A stretch of 64,000 nt of DNA from an uncultured delta proteobacterium. Its GTDB lineage: Bacteria > Desulfobacterota > RBG-13-43-22. Positions within the stretch are counted from its first letter, which is position 1. Each line of letters starts with the position of its first letter. Location: assembly GCA_963711835.1 (NCBI GenBank), contig CAVQFQ010000017.1, positions 512,001 to 576,000 of the forward strand, in the 5' to 3' direction. A model generated the notes under the pieces. It did no database searches. It had not been told where the DNA came from and was given only the letters and a program-made list of their open reading frames with translations. Both the position numbers and the translations under genes were made by a program. Of the stretch, positions 50,066-59,592 are shown in pieces.

Positions 50066-50857
50066 ATGAAATCATCTCTTCCTTCCCGGAAGCCCAACGG
50101 TCTCCGGATCTATCGATTTTCCATTTTTCAATCCGTCCCCGAACTCAGCCATGGGATATTCGGCCGTCAGGGCGGGGTCAGCCAAGGGGCCTTTTCCAGC
50201 CTTAATCTCAGTTTTTCAGTGGGGGATGAACAGGAAAGGGTAGTTCATAACCGCAGCTTACTTGTGGACGCCCTTGAAGTTGACAGCCTCCATAGTCTAA
50301 AACAGGTTCATGGAAAGGAAGTCCGGATCATTCAGGACGGCCAGGCCGCCCCGCATCCATTCCAGCCTGAAACGGTTTCCGGAGATATCCTGATGACGGA
50401 CAAACCCGGGCTCGGACTGCTGATCAAGCAAGCCGATTGTCAGGCTATTCTCCTGTATGATCCGGAACACCGGGCAGTCACCAATGTTCACTGCGGCTGG
50501 CGGGGAAATATCGGAGGGGTTATCCGGGAAACCATCTCAACCATGAGAAAAATCTACGGCTCCCGGCCTTCCCGCATGCTGGCCGGCATTGGACCTTCTT
50601 TGGGACCCTGCTGCGCTGAGTTTGTCAATTATCGGACCGAAATTCCTCCCCAATACTGGTCCTACCAAGTCCGTCGAAATTATTTTGATCTCTGGCGGAT
50701 GAGCCGGGATCAGTTGCTGGCCGAAGGGCTTCCGGAGAAGAACATCGAGGTGGCCGGCATTTGCACTTCCTGTGAAACTCCCCATTTTTTTTCTTATAGA
50801 AAAGAGAAGAAGACCGGCAGATTTGGAACCCTTATCGCTTTAAAGAGAAAAGCATGA
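50066..50857 (+). CDS. pgeF: PgeF/YfiH family protein
   Basis: RQGGVS, QVHG, ADC, HCGWRG, GPSLGPCC, CT.C...FFSYR. Confidence 0.93.
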   Translation: MKSSLPSRKPNGLRIYRFSIFQSVPELSHGIFGRQGGVSQGAFSSLNLSFSVGDEQERVVHNRSLLVDALEVDSLHSLKQVHGKEVRIIQDGQAAPHPFQPETVSGDILMTDKPGLGLLIKQADCQAILLYDPEHRAVTNVHCGWRGNIGGVIRETISTMRKIYGSRPSRMLAGIGPSLGPCCAEFVNYRTEIPPQYWSYQVRRNYFDLWRMSRDQLLAEGLPEKNIEVAGICTSCETPHFFSYRKEKKTGRFGTLIALKRKA

Positions 50858-51657
50858 GCCTTATTTTTCAGGAATCATCGGTCCAGGGAATCCAACGTAT
50901 TGCCCCGGATGTTTATCGATTGGTTTTTTCTGCCGGAGCCATAACCGGCCAGGCCAAGCCGGGCCAGTTCCTGATGATCCGTCCGGTCAAATTTCGTGAA
51001 CCGCTCCTGCCCCGACCTTTTTCCATCCATCGCATCCGGGGGAATTTTTTGGAAATCCTTTTCAAAGTGGTCGGCCTGGGGACCAGACAACTGGCTGAGG
51101 CGGCCAAAGGGGATCTGTTGGAAATCCGGGGGCCCTTAGGCCGAGGATTCCGGGTGGACCTGGCCAAGGAACCTGTGCTGGTGGCCGGCGGTCTGGGAGT
51201 AGCCCCTCTGTTAGGCCTGGCCGAATTTCTTTCGAAGCTGAAAAAATGGCCTTTTCGAATTCCGGCGAAACTTGTAATCGGGGCCAAAACGAAAAAAGAG
51301 CTGTTCTGTCTCCGGGAATTTGAGCAGGCTTGTCTGGAAGTGCTGGTGGCCACCGAGGACGGTTCCTCCGGCCATAAGGGCCTGGTTACGGATCTTTTAA
51401 AAAAACTGTTTCCAGACAGGGAAGCCCCTGTGGCCTTGTATGCCTGCGGTCCCCATCCCATGCTGAAAGCGGTCGGCCGGTGGGCCGTGGCCCGGAACAT
51501 CCCCTGCCAGGTCTCTTTGGAAGCGCGCATGGCCTGCGGCCTGGGGGCCTGTTTGGGCTGTGTGACGGCCAAAAAAAATGAGGCCGGGATATCCTATGTA
51601 AATGTCTGCCAGGAGGGGCCGGTTTTTGAGGCCAAAGACCTTGTCTGGGAAGAATAG
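50854..51657 (+). CDS. pyrK: dihydroorotate dehydrogenase electron transfer subunit
   Basis: RPFSI, GPLG.GF, GGLGVAP, CGP, MACGLGACLGC...CQEGPVF. Confidence 0.95.
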   Translation: MSLIFQESSVQGIQRIAPDVYRLVFSAGAITGQAKPGQFLMIRPVKFREPLLPRPFSIHRIRGNFLEILFKVVGLGTRQLAEAAKGDLLEIRGPLGRGFRVDLAKEPVLVAGGLGVAPLLGLAEFLSKLKKWPFRIPAKLVIGAKTKKELFCLREFEQACLEVLVATEDGSSGHKGLVTDLLKKLFPDREAPVALYACGPHPMLKAVGRWAVARNIPCQVSLEARMACGLGACLGCVTAKKNEAGISYVNVCQEGPVFEAKDLVWEE

Positions 51658-52576
51658 AAAATCAGGGACTGACCTTTCCACCCATATAGCCGGAATAAAA
51701 ATGCAGAACCCGGTCATGGTGGCCTCGGGTACCTTCGGCTACGGCCGGGAATACCGGGATCTTTTTGACCTGAACCAATTGGGCGCCCTGATAACCAAGG
51801 GCATTTCTTTAAGGCCCATGATGGGCAACCCGCCGCCGCGCATCTGGGAGACGCCTTCGGGGATGCTCAATGCCATCGGTCTTCAGAATGTGGGGGTAGA
51901 GGCTTTTCTGAAAGACAAGCTTCCTTTTCTAACCGCCCTGAAAATCCCGGTCATCGTAAATATTCTGGGACATTCCCTTAAGGAATACGGCGAGGTGGCC
52001 CGGCATCTGGACGGCCGTCCCGGCCTGGCCGGCCTGGAAATCAATATCTCCTGTCCTAACGTGGCCCAAGGAGGGCTGGCCTTCGGGGCCCAACCCCGAT
52101 CGGCGGCCAAGGCCGTAGATCAGGTGCGCCGGGCTACGCGGATGCCGTTGCTGGTAAAGCTTGCTCCTCAGGTAACGGATATCACCGTCATTGCTAAGGC
52201 CGTAGAGGAGGCCGGGGCCGATGCCCTTTCCCTTATCAATACCATCCCCGGCATGGCGGTGGACATTTATACCCGGCGCTCCAGACTGGGCTGTCCGGGC
52301 GGCGGCCTTTCCGGTCCGGCCATCAAACCCGTGGCCCTGCGTCTGGTCTATCAGGTGGCCCAGGCGGTTTCCATTCCGGTGATCGGCCTGGGGGGGATTC
52401 GCACGGCCGAAGATGCCCTGGAGTTTCTGGTGGTCGGCGCCAAAGCTGTCCAGATCGGCACCGCCAACTTCATCCGGCCGACGACCGCCGTTGAAGTCAT
52501 CGAGGGGATAAGAAAGTTTATGGAACAACAGAAGATAGGCAGCCTGTCAAAGCTTATCGGGACCTTTATCCCCTGA
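51641..52576 (+). CDS. pyrD: dihydroorotate dehydrogenase, family 1B
   Basis: NPVMVASGT, GMLNAIGLQN, NISCPN, INT, GGLSG, GGI; start uncertain (TTG 51641). Confidence 0.95.
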   Translation: MSGKNRKSGTDLSTHIAGIKMQNPVMVASGTFGYGREYRDLFDLNQLGALITKGISLRPMMGNPPPRIWETPSGMLNAIGLQNVGVEAFLKDKLPFLTALKIPVIVNILGHSLKEYGEVARHLDGRPGLAGLEINISCPNVAQGGLAFGAQPRSAAKAVDQVRRATRMPLLVKLAPQVTDITVIAKAVEEAGADALSLINTIPGMAVDIYTRRSRLGCPGGGLSGPAIKPVALRLVYQVAQAVSIPVIGLGGIRTAEDALEFLVVGAKAVQIGTANFIRPTTAVEVIEGIRKFMEQQKIGSLSKLIGTFIP

Positions 52577-52662
52577 CCAGCGGAAACCAACTAAGAAAAT
52601 CCCTCCCTAAAAAACAATTAAAATCCATGAAGCCTTCCGCCGGGGAAAAATCTGATATTTTT

Positions 52663-53010
52663 CTATTTTTTCAATAACAATCCAAGTTTTTCCAGCACTT
52701 CAGAGACCGCCTTTGCTGGTAAGGAACACACCCACTCTGCTTTTCTTCTGACCCAACCCAGGCTCTTCACCTGATCCGCCAATATGACACCGGATACCGG
52801 GAAACCACTCGGAATGGCAACCTCAAAGGGATACCCCTTTATCCGGCTGGTGATGGGGCAGAGAATCGCCAGCCCAACTTTGCGGTTATAGCCTTCCGGT
52901 GAAAGGACCAGGGCTGGGCGGCGCCCGGCCTGTTCGTGGCCAATCTGGTGATTGAAGGTAATTATAACAATGTCCCCACGTCGGGGAACATAGCCGTCCA
53001 GCGCTACCAT
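52663..53010 (-). CDS. mazF: MazF/PemK endoribonuclease toxin
   Basis: YVPRRGDI, GHEQAGRRPALVLSP..YN, CPITS..KGYPFEV, DQVKS. Confidence 0.95.
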   Translation of the reverse strand: MVALDGYVPRRGDIVIITFNHQIGHEQAGRRPALVLSPEGYNRKVGLAILCPITSRIKGYPFEVAIPSGFPVSGVILADQVKSLGWVRRKAEWVCSLPAKAVSEVLEKLGLLLKK

Positions 53011-53246
53011 ACTTCTCTCCCGACGGCAGGGCCGGTGTCGGTCTCCTGATGAAGGTTTTCTTCTTTGATTTGGGCCAAAAGTTGCTTAAGCGTGAACGTT
53101 GGTTTGGCGGACGGGACGATGATCAGTTTTCCCCTCTCGACCGAAATCTCCACCGAGGATTCCTGGTCGAGACCGGCTTCGGTTGCAAAGGTCTTGGGTA
53201 TGCGAAGGGCCAGGCTGTTTCCCCATTTCCGGATACGGGTTTTCAT
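53004..53246 (-). CDS. mazE: MazE/AbrB antitoxin
   Basis: KWGNSLALRIP, ENLH.E...G..VG.EVW; overlaps mazF. Confidence 0.95.
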   Translation of the reverse strand: MKTRIRKWGNSLALRIPKTFATEAGLDQESSVEISVERGKLIIVPSAKPTFTLKQLLAQIKEENLHQETDTGPAVGREVW

Positions 53247-53260
53247 GTTTCTCCTCCCTG

Positions 53261-53300
53261 GTATCTAAATGAGAATACATGGTCGGAGAGCTTCCGTCAA
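53261..53300 (-). promoter_or_regulatory. sigma-70 promoter and palindromic operator of mazEF
   Basis: Minus strand TTGACG-N17-TATTCT; overlapping GTAT-N10-ATAC palindrome at 53261-53278. Confidence 0.65.
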
Positions 53301-53334
53301 GTTTACTAGCGAACTTCTGTTTGAAGTGTGCATA

Positions 53335-53368
53335 AAAAAAGGCAGGGCCATTGCTGCCTGCCTTTTTT
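53335..53368. terminator. intrinsic terminator
   Basis: AAAAAAGGCAGG ... CCTGCCTTTTTT just after the stop of the large protein. Confidence 0.75.
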
Positions 53369-53379
53369 ATGTCCTTCAA

Positions 53380-56300
53380 TTATAAATTACGGTAGAGTCT
53401 TAGTCCATGTCCCAATTTCCTTCCAAGGATTCCCACAACAATCACAAAAGAAGAAAAGGAAGTGGATTCGCCACAAATTATATTGTTGCCCATATCCTGG
53501 CTCGTCGTTATATCAGTCCAGACTTCATATTCATAATGGAACAATCTGAGTTGAGATTCGTCGCCATAGGGGATACCGGAATAATTTATACATACCGTTC
53601 TCGGGCCGCTGACAGAAGCGGTCGTTTCCAAGTGGTAATAGGTTGGAGGATCCCCCAGTTGAAATCCTGCAGGAGGTGTCGGGCCGGTACTGCTGGTGCT
53701 CAAGGTGGTGACCCCGGCCTGGGTTACTTGGTCATAGGTTATGGTGACAGGATTTTGACCGGTTGAGGTATCAACGGGTTGGACCTGGACCGGCTCTGTG
53801 TCACAAGAGGGCGTATAATTCGCCATGGCAGGAATTTCTATATCGTCAAAGGAGGCTATAATATTAGCTGAATAGGTTGCTCCCGGGGATGGAGGACTTA
53901 AATAAGTCCTGACATATTTTAGTATATTGCTGGCAGGAAAAATGTTCCCTATTCCTGGACGTCGAACTTCTACTCCATCCACAGAAAAGGTGAATTCCGA
54001 TCCATTCCATCCTATGAAGAGGGTGTATACTTCTCCAATAGTTATATTGACTGGAATAGTGCCACTCTCTAATACGCTAAATTGGGTGTAATTAGCATTT
54101 TGAGTCCTAATTATAGACCAACTGGCTACTGGAGTTGTACCATTACCCCCTATGGATACCCTGGCAAAAATATTACCTAATCCGCTTGTATAGTTCGGGG
54201 TCGAAAAAGTATCATTATAATAGAACCCGCCGAGGTCGGCAGTGGCATAACCTCCATTGGGGGTATTAAATTCAATGATCTTGACCTTGGCCTTATAACT
54301 ATTTATTCCAGTTGAATTTTTAAAAAACAGACCACTGGCCTTTGATGAGGTAAGACTCGCTATACTATTTTCAATTATTAATTCACGATTCAAAACCGTT
54401 GGCGGTGGGGTCTGAATCGGAGTAGTAAAGGACCATTTTAAGGTATCGATGGTTCCAGAATAAAAATCATCAAAAACTGTTGGTGGAATTACTGTCTCAT
54501 AAACAAAAATGAAATCCGAACCTGTCACGGGTACAGGGGTACCTCTGTCATCTATACTTGCGGCCAAGGTCAAAGCAGTTGAAGATGGAGCAGAAGAAAA
54601 ATTCAAAGCCGAGGAGGGGAAGGTCAGCACCAAGTCAGATTTACCGTCATTGTTGACATCCTGCGGTATGCTGTCTGATGGTTGTATCCCTTGTAAGGTT
54701 ACTGTTCCAAGCTCAATCTTGTTTGCATTCAAGTCATTGGTGGAGAGGATTGCAGCGGTAAGATTCTCTTCACAAATCTTTATTAAATTGGGATAGATCC
54801 CCGGTTTAAGATCCAAAGAAACCACACTTCCGGTTGTTAGCGTGTCATTTATAGTTTTTGTCTCTCCTGCGGATATTGAAAATGGTGCCCCATTGTTATA
54901 GGATTTGGACAAATAATACCCTTCAGAGTTATAAGTATCATAATTTATTCTATAGGAATTCCCCGCGGGAACGTTGAAAGAGGTAAAACCATCACTATTC
55001 GTATTCCCGCCGGCCACAAAAGCTCCATTCAAGGAGTTCACGGCACTAACCCACACATTAGAGATTCCCCTTGGAGTTGGAGAACTATTTACTATAGTTG
55101 CGGATATTGTACCCGCTTTATTTAATCCAATGTTTTTCCCTCCCACTGTAACACCTCTTGTGACAGGAACGAGGTCATTATAATATTTAGGAAAGGAATA
55201 TTCCCCACTTGCATTGCATTGATCGACCCTGAGTTTGTAGTAAGGTCCGACTGCGAGAGTGGGTGTCTTATAAAATCCGTCAACGCCTGTTAATCCTGTT
55301 CCAGTTATATAATTTCCGTTTGCATCTTCAACGACAATACAGGCGTTGCGAACAGGAAAACCAGTGTCAGCATCATAAACTATGCCCGAGATTTTTCCCC
55401 CTTTTGCTGGCGTAAAGTTTATTTCGTCAGGATAAGTTTGCCCTGCAAGTACCGGGGAGGTAAGGGTTATACTTTGATTTAATATATAGGCATCATATTC
55501 TCCAAAGGAACAATCAAAAGCGGTTATAGTCCAGCCATCTCCGGGTGGAATGGTGAGGTAGTATCTTCCAGGCTCGGTAGGATAATAATTGCTTCCTGTC
55601 CTTGTTTGGTACATCCAGTGGCCACCTACTGCTCCGGACACGCAGGCGTAGGGGATAGGATCACCAGTATCAATATCGGAAACTGTCCCTGTAATAATTC
55701 CCCCCAATTCAAGTTGGGCGTTTATATTTGGTGTAATTGTGTCATTATATACGTCGATAAGGGTGGGTGGCGGGTTGGGAATCCCATAATTAAATAGTAG
55801 ACTGTCATAAGCTTCGGGAAGATAATTTATTCCATTCGGTGGCTGTGAGTAAGGATTGAACAATACCCAATATTTTTTAGGAGTGCCATCCCCTCCTGGA
55901 ACCATTATCCGATAGGTGCCGTCGTTTAAGGTATCTCCCCAAGTAAAAGTATTATATAAACTTGCATCGAAGGCTTGGATCGCTATCAATGGAATTCCAG
56001 TTGTTCCGTCCGAAGTTACTTTTCCTTCTATAGCCCCGCCTCTTACCAAGGTAGGACTAATATCGATCATCGAACCCTCTGTTAAAACAATTTGATCGGC
56101 GAAGAATGAATAAAGTTTGTTATTATACCATTGGTCAAGATAGAAGGGGGGACCTTGTGGGGGGTAAAAAGCCATTATGTAGGTGCCCGGAGATAAAAAC
56201 AAAGAATAGAATCCGACTCCATCGGTAAAACCATCTCCTGCCTGGATCCCATTATTTGCGTTATAGGCTACAACATGCACATTGGTAATATACTCAGTCG

Positions 56301-56409
56301 AAGATTTGTGGACCCATCCATAAATTTGTGCTTGTTGTGCTTGGACAAGGCTGGCCATTAATCCAATCGAGGCTACTAATAGAAAAATAATAAATATTAG
56401 CTTTTTCAT
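53380..56409 (-). CDS. large secreted protein (1009 aa) with carboxypeptidase-regulatory-like repeats
   Basis: MKKLIFIIFLL...AQ signal after AAGGGAG; about five G-x-I-x-G-x-V repeats; DVNNDGKSD Ca-binding-like motif; visibly AT-richer than its flanks. Confidence 0.8.
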   Translation of the reverse strand: MKKLIFIIFLLVASIGLMASLVQAQQAQIYGWVHKSSTEYITNVHVVAYNANNGIQAGDGFTDGVGFYSLFLSPGTYIMAFYPPQGPPFYLDQWYNNKLYSFFADQIVLTEGSMIDISPTLVRGGAIEGKVTSDGTTGIPLIAIQAFDASLYNTFTWGDTLNDGTYRIMVPGGDGTPKKYWVLFNPYSQPPNGINYLPEAYDSLLFNYGIPNPPPTLIDVYNDTITPNINAQLELGGIITGTVSDIDTGDPIPYACVSGAVGGHWMYQTRTGSNYYPTEPGRYYLTIPPGDGWTITAFDCSFGEYDAYILNQSITLTSPVLAGQTYPDEINFTPAKGGKISGIVYDADTGFPVRNACIVVEDANGNYITGTGLTGVDGFYKTPTLAVGPYYKLRVDQCNASGEYSFPKYYNDLVPVTRGVTVGGKNIGLNKAGTISATIVNSSPTPRGISNVWVSAVNSLNGAFVAGGNTNSDGFTSFNVPAGNSYRINYDTYNSEGYYLSKSYNNGAPFSISAGETKTINDTLTTGSVVSLDLKPGIYPNLIKICEENLTAAILSTNDLNANKIELGTVTLQGIQPSDSIPQDVNNDGKSDLVLTFPSSALNFSSAPSSTALTLAASIDDRGTPVPVTGSDFIFVYETVIPPTVFDDFYSGTIDTLKWSFTTPIQTPPPTVLNRELIIENSIASLTSSKASGLFFKNSTGINSYKAKVKIIEFNTPNGGYATADLGGFYYNDTFSTPNYTSGLGNIFARVSIGGNGTTPVASWSIIRTQNANYTQFSVLESGTIPVNITIGEVYTLFIGWNGSEFTFSVDGVEVRRPGIGNIFPASNILKYVRTYLSPPSPGATYSANIIASFDDIEIPAMANYTPSCDTEPVQVQPVDTSTGQNPVTITYDQVTQAGVTTLSTSSTGPTPPAGFQLGDPPTYYHLETTASVSGPRTVCINYSGIPYGDESQLRLFHYEYEVWTDITTSQDMGNNIICGESTSFSSFVIVVGILGRKLGHGLRLYRNL

Positions 56410-56450
56410 AAAGTTGTCTCCCTTTTTATAAGTCATATAAATAAAAATTA

Positions 56451-56466
56451 AGCAATTTTTGCGCCA
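56451..56466 (-). promoter_or_regulatory. sigma-54 (-24/-12) promoter
   Basis: Minus strand TGGCGCA-AAAA-TTGCT, about 40 bp upstream of ATG 56409. Confidence 0.7.
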
Positions 56467-56781
56467 TTGTGATTGATAGGATTTGATCCACCTAACAACT
56501 TGATATAAAAACCCTTTTTTGCTGAGGTCGAGAAGCGATGGCTGACGGTGGAAGCGGAAAAGGAACGGGAGGGGGTAACCCAGCGGGCAGATGGTGGGAA
56601 AATTTTTCTTTAAAAGAGCAATTTCTTCCTACATGGCAGATTGGGTTTTTAAAGTCAACTTCTTTGTTGTTGGGTGTTTGTGGGCAAATCAAGAAAGCCA
56701 TCCGAGCCGCTGAAGATAAAATTTTTTTCATAACCAACTTATCTTATTGCTAAATTACTCCACAGTCCAGTCTGTTCCTGT

Positions 56782-57333
56782 TTACAACCGTCCTTCCTTG
56801 ATAAATCTTGCGCCTTCCTGGAGGGCTGCGGCGTTGATGGGAATCATTTTGTGGTAGCGTTTATCCAGGGCCCGGGAAAGGGCCTGGATGACCGAATCCA
56901 GGGCCACGACCTTGCTTTCTTCCACCAGGGCGCCGAGCATGGTCATGTTGGCCAGGCGTTGGTCTCCGGCTTGGCCGGCCAGTTCAATCGTAGGCACCAG
57001 AACGGTTTTTAATTCAGGGTAATGGACTTCGTTTGAATCGATTAAAGAGAAATTGACCAGAAGCCTGCCCCGGGGTTGGACCATGGGACCGAATCGTAAC
57101 AGGGAGGGCTTGTTCATCACCACGGCGACCAGCGGATGGTGGATTATGGGAGAGCCTATCTCCTCATCGGAGACCACCACGGTACAGTTGGCCGTCCCCC
57201 CCCGCATCTCCACACCGTAGACCGGCATATAGGTCACATGCCGCCCTTCTTCCATAGCCGCATAGGCCAGAAGGTTCCCGATGAACATCACGCCCTGGCC
57301 GCCGAAACCGGCAATAATCACGTCGAAGTACAT
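56782..57333 (-). CDS. 2-oxoacid:ferredoxin oxidoreductase gamma subunit
   Basis: AGFGGQG, YGVEMRGG, IGSP, ANM.MLGA. Confidence 0.93.
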   Translation of the reverse strand: MYFDVIIAGFGGQGVMFIGNLLAYAAMEEGRHVTYMPVYGVEMRGGTANCTVVVSDEEIGSPIIHHPLVAVVMNKPSLLRFGPMVQPRGRLLVNFSLIDSNEVHYPELKTVLVPTIELAGQAGDQRLANMTMLGALVEESKVVALDSVIQALSRALDKRYHKMIPINAAALQEGARFIKEGRL

Positions 57334-57411
57334 TTTCAAATACTCCTTAAAAGGGTATATGTTTTAAGCATTGCACTGGAACCCTTGAATCCTTGGCCCC
57401 TCGAACCCTAT

Positions 57412-58164
57412 TTATAGGTTATCCGCCACCGTTCTCTCTTTATAAACCCCCAACGGGAAATAAGGGATCATTTCATCCTGGACCCGCTGATTGGCTTTTT
57501 CGGGACTCATCTTCCAGTTGGTCGGGCAACTGGACAGAAATTCCACAAAGGAAAACCCCTGATCCTGGATTTGTACCTCAAAGGCCTTCTTCAAGGCCTT
57601 CTTGGCCGCCATCAGGTTCTTGGGGGTGTTGACCGCCACCCGGGCGGCAAAGGCCGTACCCTCCAGTATGGCCATCATTTCCGTCATGCGGATGGGATAG
57701 CCTTCGCGCCGGAAATCCCGGCCGTAAGGGCTGGTAGTCGTCATCTGGCCCAGCATGGTGGTGGGGGCCATCTGCCCTCCGGTCATGCCGTAGACGGTAT
57801 TGTTGACGAAGAGAACGGTAATCGATTCACCCCGGTTGGCGGCATGAAGGCTTTCGGCAATACCGATCGAAGCCAGATCCCCATCCCCCTGGTAGGTAAA
57901 GACGAAACTCTGGGGCTGGGCCCGTTTGATGCCCGTGGCCACGGCCGAGGCCCGTCCGTGGGGGGATTCGCAGACATCGATATCAAAATAATCATACATA
58001 AAGACCGAACAGCCCACCGAGGCGGCACAAATCGTTTTCTCCCGGAGATCGAAGGCATCGATGGCTTCCGCCACCAGGCGGTGGATGATGCCGTGATGGC
58101 AGCCGGGACAAAAATGAAAAGGCACATCTCGTAAGCTCTTGGGGCGTTTAAATACTTGCTTCAT
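57412..58164 (-). CDS. 2-oxoacid:ferredoxin oxidoreductase beta (TPP-binding) subunit
   Basis: [33 protein letters not shown]. Confidence 0.93.
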   Translation of the reverse strand: MKQVFKRPKSLRDVPFHFCPGCHHGIIHRLVAEAIDAFDLREKTICAASVGCSVFMYDYFDIDVCESPHGRASAVATGIKRAQPQSFVFTYQGDGDLASIGIAESLHAANRGESITVLFVNNTVYGMTGGQMAPTTMLGQMTTTSPYGRDFRREGYPIRMTEMMAILEGTAFAARVAVNTPKNLMAAKKALKKAFEVQIQDQGFSFVEFLSSCPTNWKMSPEKANQRVQDEMIPYFPLGVYKERTVADNL

Positions 58165-58219
58165 GGGTTTCCTCGTTATTATTGAGAGCATGAACTAGCT
58201 TACAATTTAAAAAATTTTC

Positions 58220-58281
58220 CACCGCAAAGTCTCAAAGAACGCAAAAATGTTCTTCTTTGCGCCCTGGGCGTCTTGGCGGTG
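58220..58281. repeat. inverted pair of degenerate 9-mer arrays
   Basis: CACCGCAAAG-TCTCAAAG-AACGCAAA ... TTTGCG-CCCTGGGCG-TCTTGGCGGTG. Confidence 0.6.
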
Positions 58282-58305
58282 AAAATAACCTTCTTTCAAC
58301 TCGTT

Positions 58306-59355
58306 TTAATAAACTTTTTTTATCTCTTCAAACAGTTCGTTGGGTGTTGGGATGGAACCCGGCGGCCGGCCGTAAAAATCCACATGGGAACGCCTGTCCA
58401 CCGACAGCTTCACATCCTCGACCATCTGGCCGGTATTCAACTCGACGACAAAAAAACGGGGGATCTTCAGCGATAATTCCCGCAGAGGTTTTTCCGGATA
58501 GGGATAAAGGGTAATGGGTCGGAAAAGCCCCACCTTCATTCCCTGCTCCCGGGCCATGGCGATCGAGGATTTGATGATCCGGGCTACCGATCCGAAGGAG
58601 ACCACGACCAGCTCGGCATCTTCAAGGCGATACGTTTCATACAGGATTTCCTCCTTCATCTGTTGATACTTCTGAAAAAGCTTCCAGTTATGGTCGGTCA
58701 ATTCTCCTTCGGTCAAATAAAGGCTTTTTAGGAGCTGGGCCTTCCGTTTCCCGGCCCCGGTCAGGGCCCAGGGTTTGGGAAAGGCCTTCGCTTCGTAGGG
58801 CCGCAGGACCACCGGTTCCTTGATCTGTCCCAACAGGGCATCTCCCAGAATCACCACCGGGTTGCGGTATTGATCAGCCAGGTCGAAGGCCTTCATGGCC
58901 AGATCATAATTTTCCTGTGCCGAATAGGGGGCTAAAACCAAAGTCCGGTAGTCTCCATGCCCTCCGCCTCGGGTGGCCTGAAAATAGTCCCCTTGAGAAG
59001 GGGAGATGCCTCCGAGTCCGGGGCCGCTGCGGCTCATGTTGACGATAACCCCCGGGATCTCGGAACCGGCCATATAGGATATCCCTTCCTGCTTCAAGGA
59101 AATCCCGGGACTGGAGGAGGAGGTCATGGCTCGGGCCCCGGTTGCGGCGGCTCCCAGGAGCATATTGATGGAAGCGATTTCACTCTCCGCCTGGATAAAG
59201 GTTCCCCCTAAGGTTGGGAGATGTCTGGACATATATTCCGGAATATCGTTTTGGGGGGTAATGGGATAACCGAAATAAAACTTACAGCCGGCGGCTATGG
59301 CCCCCATGGCAATCGCTTCATTGCCTTTAACCAATTCTATCTGGGACTTGGACAT
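58306..59355 (-). CDS. 2-oxoacid:ferredoxin oxidoreductase alpha subunit (VorB-like)
   Basis: KGNEA, GYPITPQ, QAESE, TSSSSPG, RSGPGLG. Confidence 0.93.
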   Translation of the reverse strand: MSKSQIELVKGNEAIAMGAIAAGCKFYFGYPITPQNDIPEYMSRHLPTLGGTFIQAESEIASINMLLGAAATGARAMTSSSSPGISLKQEGISYMAGSEIPGVIVNMSRSGPGLGGISPSQGDYFQATRGGGHGDYRTLVLAPYSAQENYDLAMKAFDLADQYRNPVVILGDALLGQIKEPVVLRPYEAKAFPKPWALTGAGKRKAQLLKSLYLTEGELTDHNWKLFQKYQQMKEEILYETYRLEDAELVVVSFGSVARIIKSSIAMAREQGMKVGLFRPITLYPYPEKPLRELSLKIPRFFVVELNTGQMVEDVKLSVDRRSHVDFYGRPPGSIPTPNELFEEIKKVY

Positions 59356-59576
59356 GACACCTTTTTCCCTTCCTTTTTCCAGACCTCGATGACCACATCG
59401 GGGCACATTTCAGCGCACAGGGCACAGCCCGTGCAGCGGCTTTCTTCCTTTAGGCAGGCCACCCTATACCCCTGATTGTTGATTTTTTGGCTGATGGCCA
59501 GTTCCTTTTTGGGGCAGGCCAGGACACACAGCCCGCAGCCTTTACAGCGTTCTTCATTAAAAACTACCTTGGCCAT
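59337..59576 (-). CDS. 2-oxoacid oxidoreductase delta subunit (2x[4Fe-4S] ferredoxin)
   Basis: CKGCGLCVLACP and CTGCALCAEMCP. Confidence 0.92.
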   Translation of the reverse strand: MAKVVFNEERCKGCGLCVLACPKKELAISQKINNQGYRVACLKEESRCTGCALCAEMCPDVVIEVWKKEGKKVSCPSPR

Positions 59577-59592
59577 AACGATTCCTTTTCTT

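Noticed and set aside
52663-56436. Prophage or integrative element around mazEF
   Set aside because: No integrase, tRNA, att repeats or phage genes visible
56470-56780. c-di-GMP riboswitch or small ORFs upstream of the large secreted protein
   Set aside because: No consensus seen on the coding strand; the ORFs (56492-56737, 56538-56753) lack an RBS and motifs
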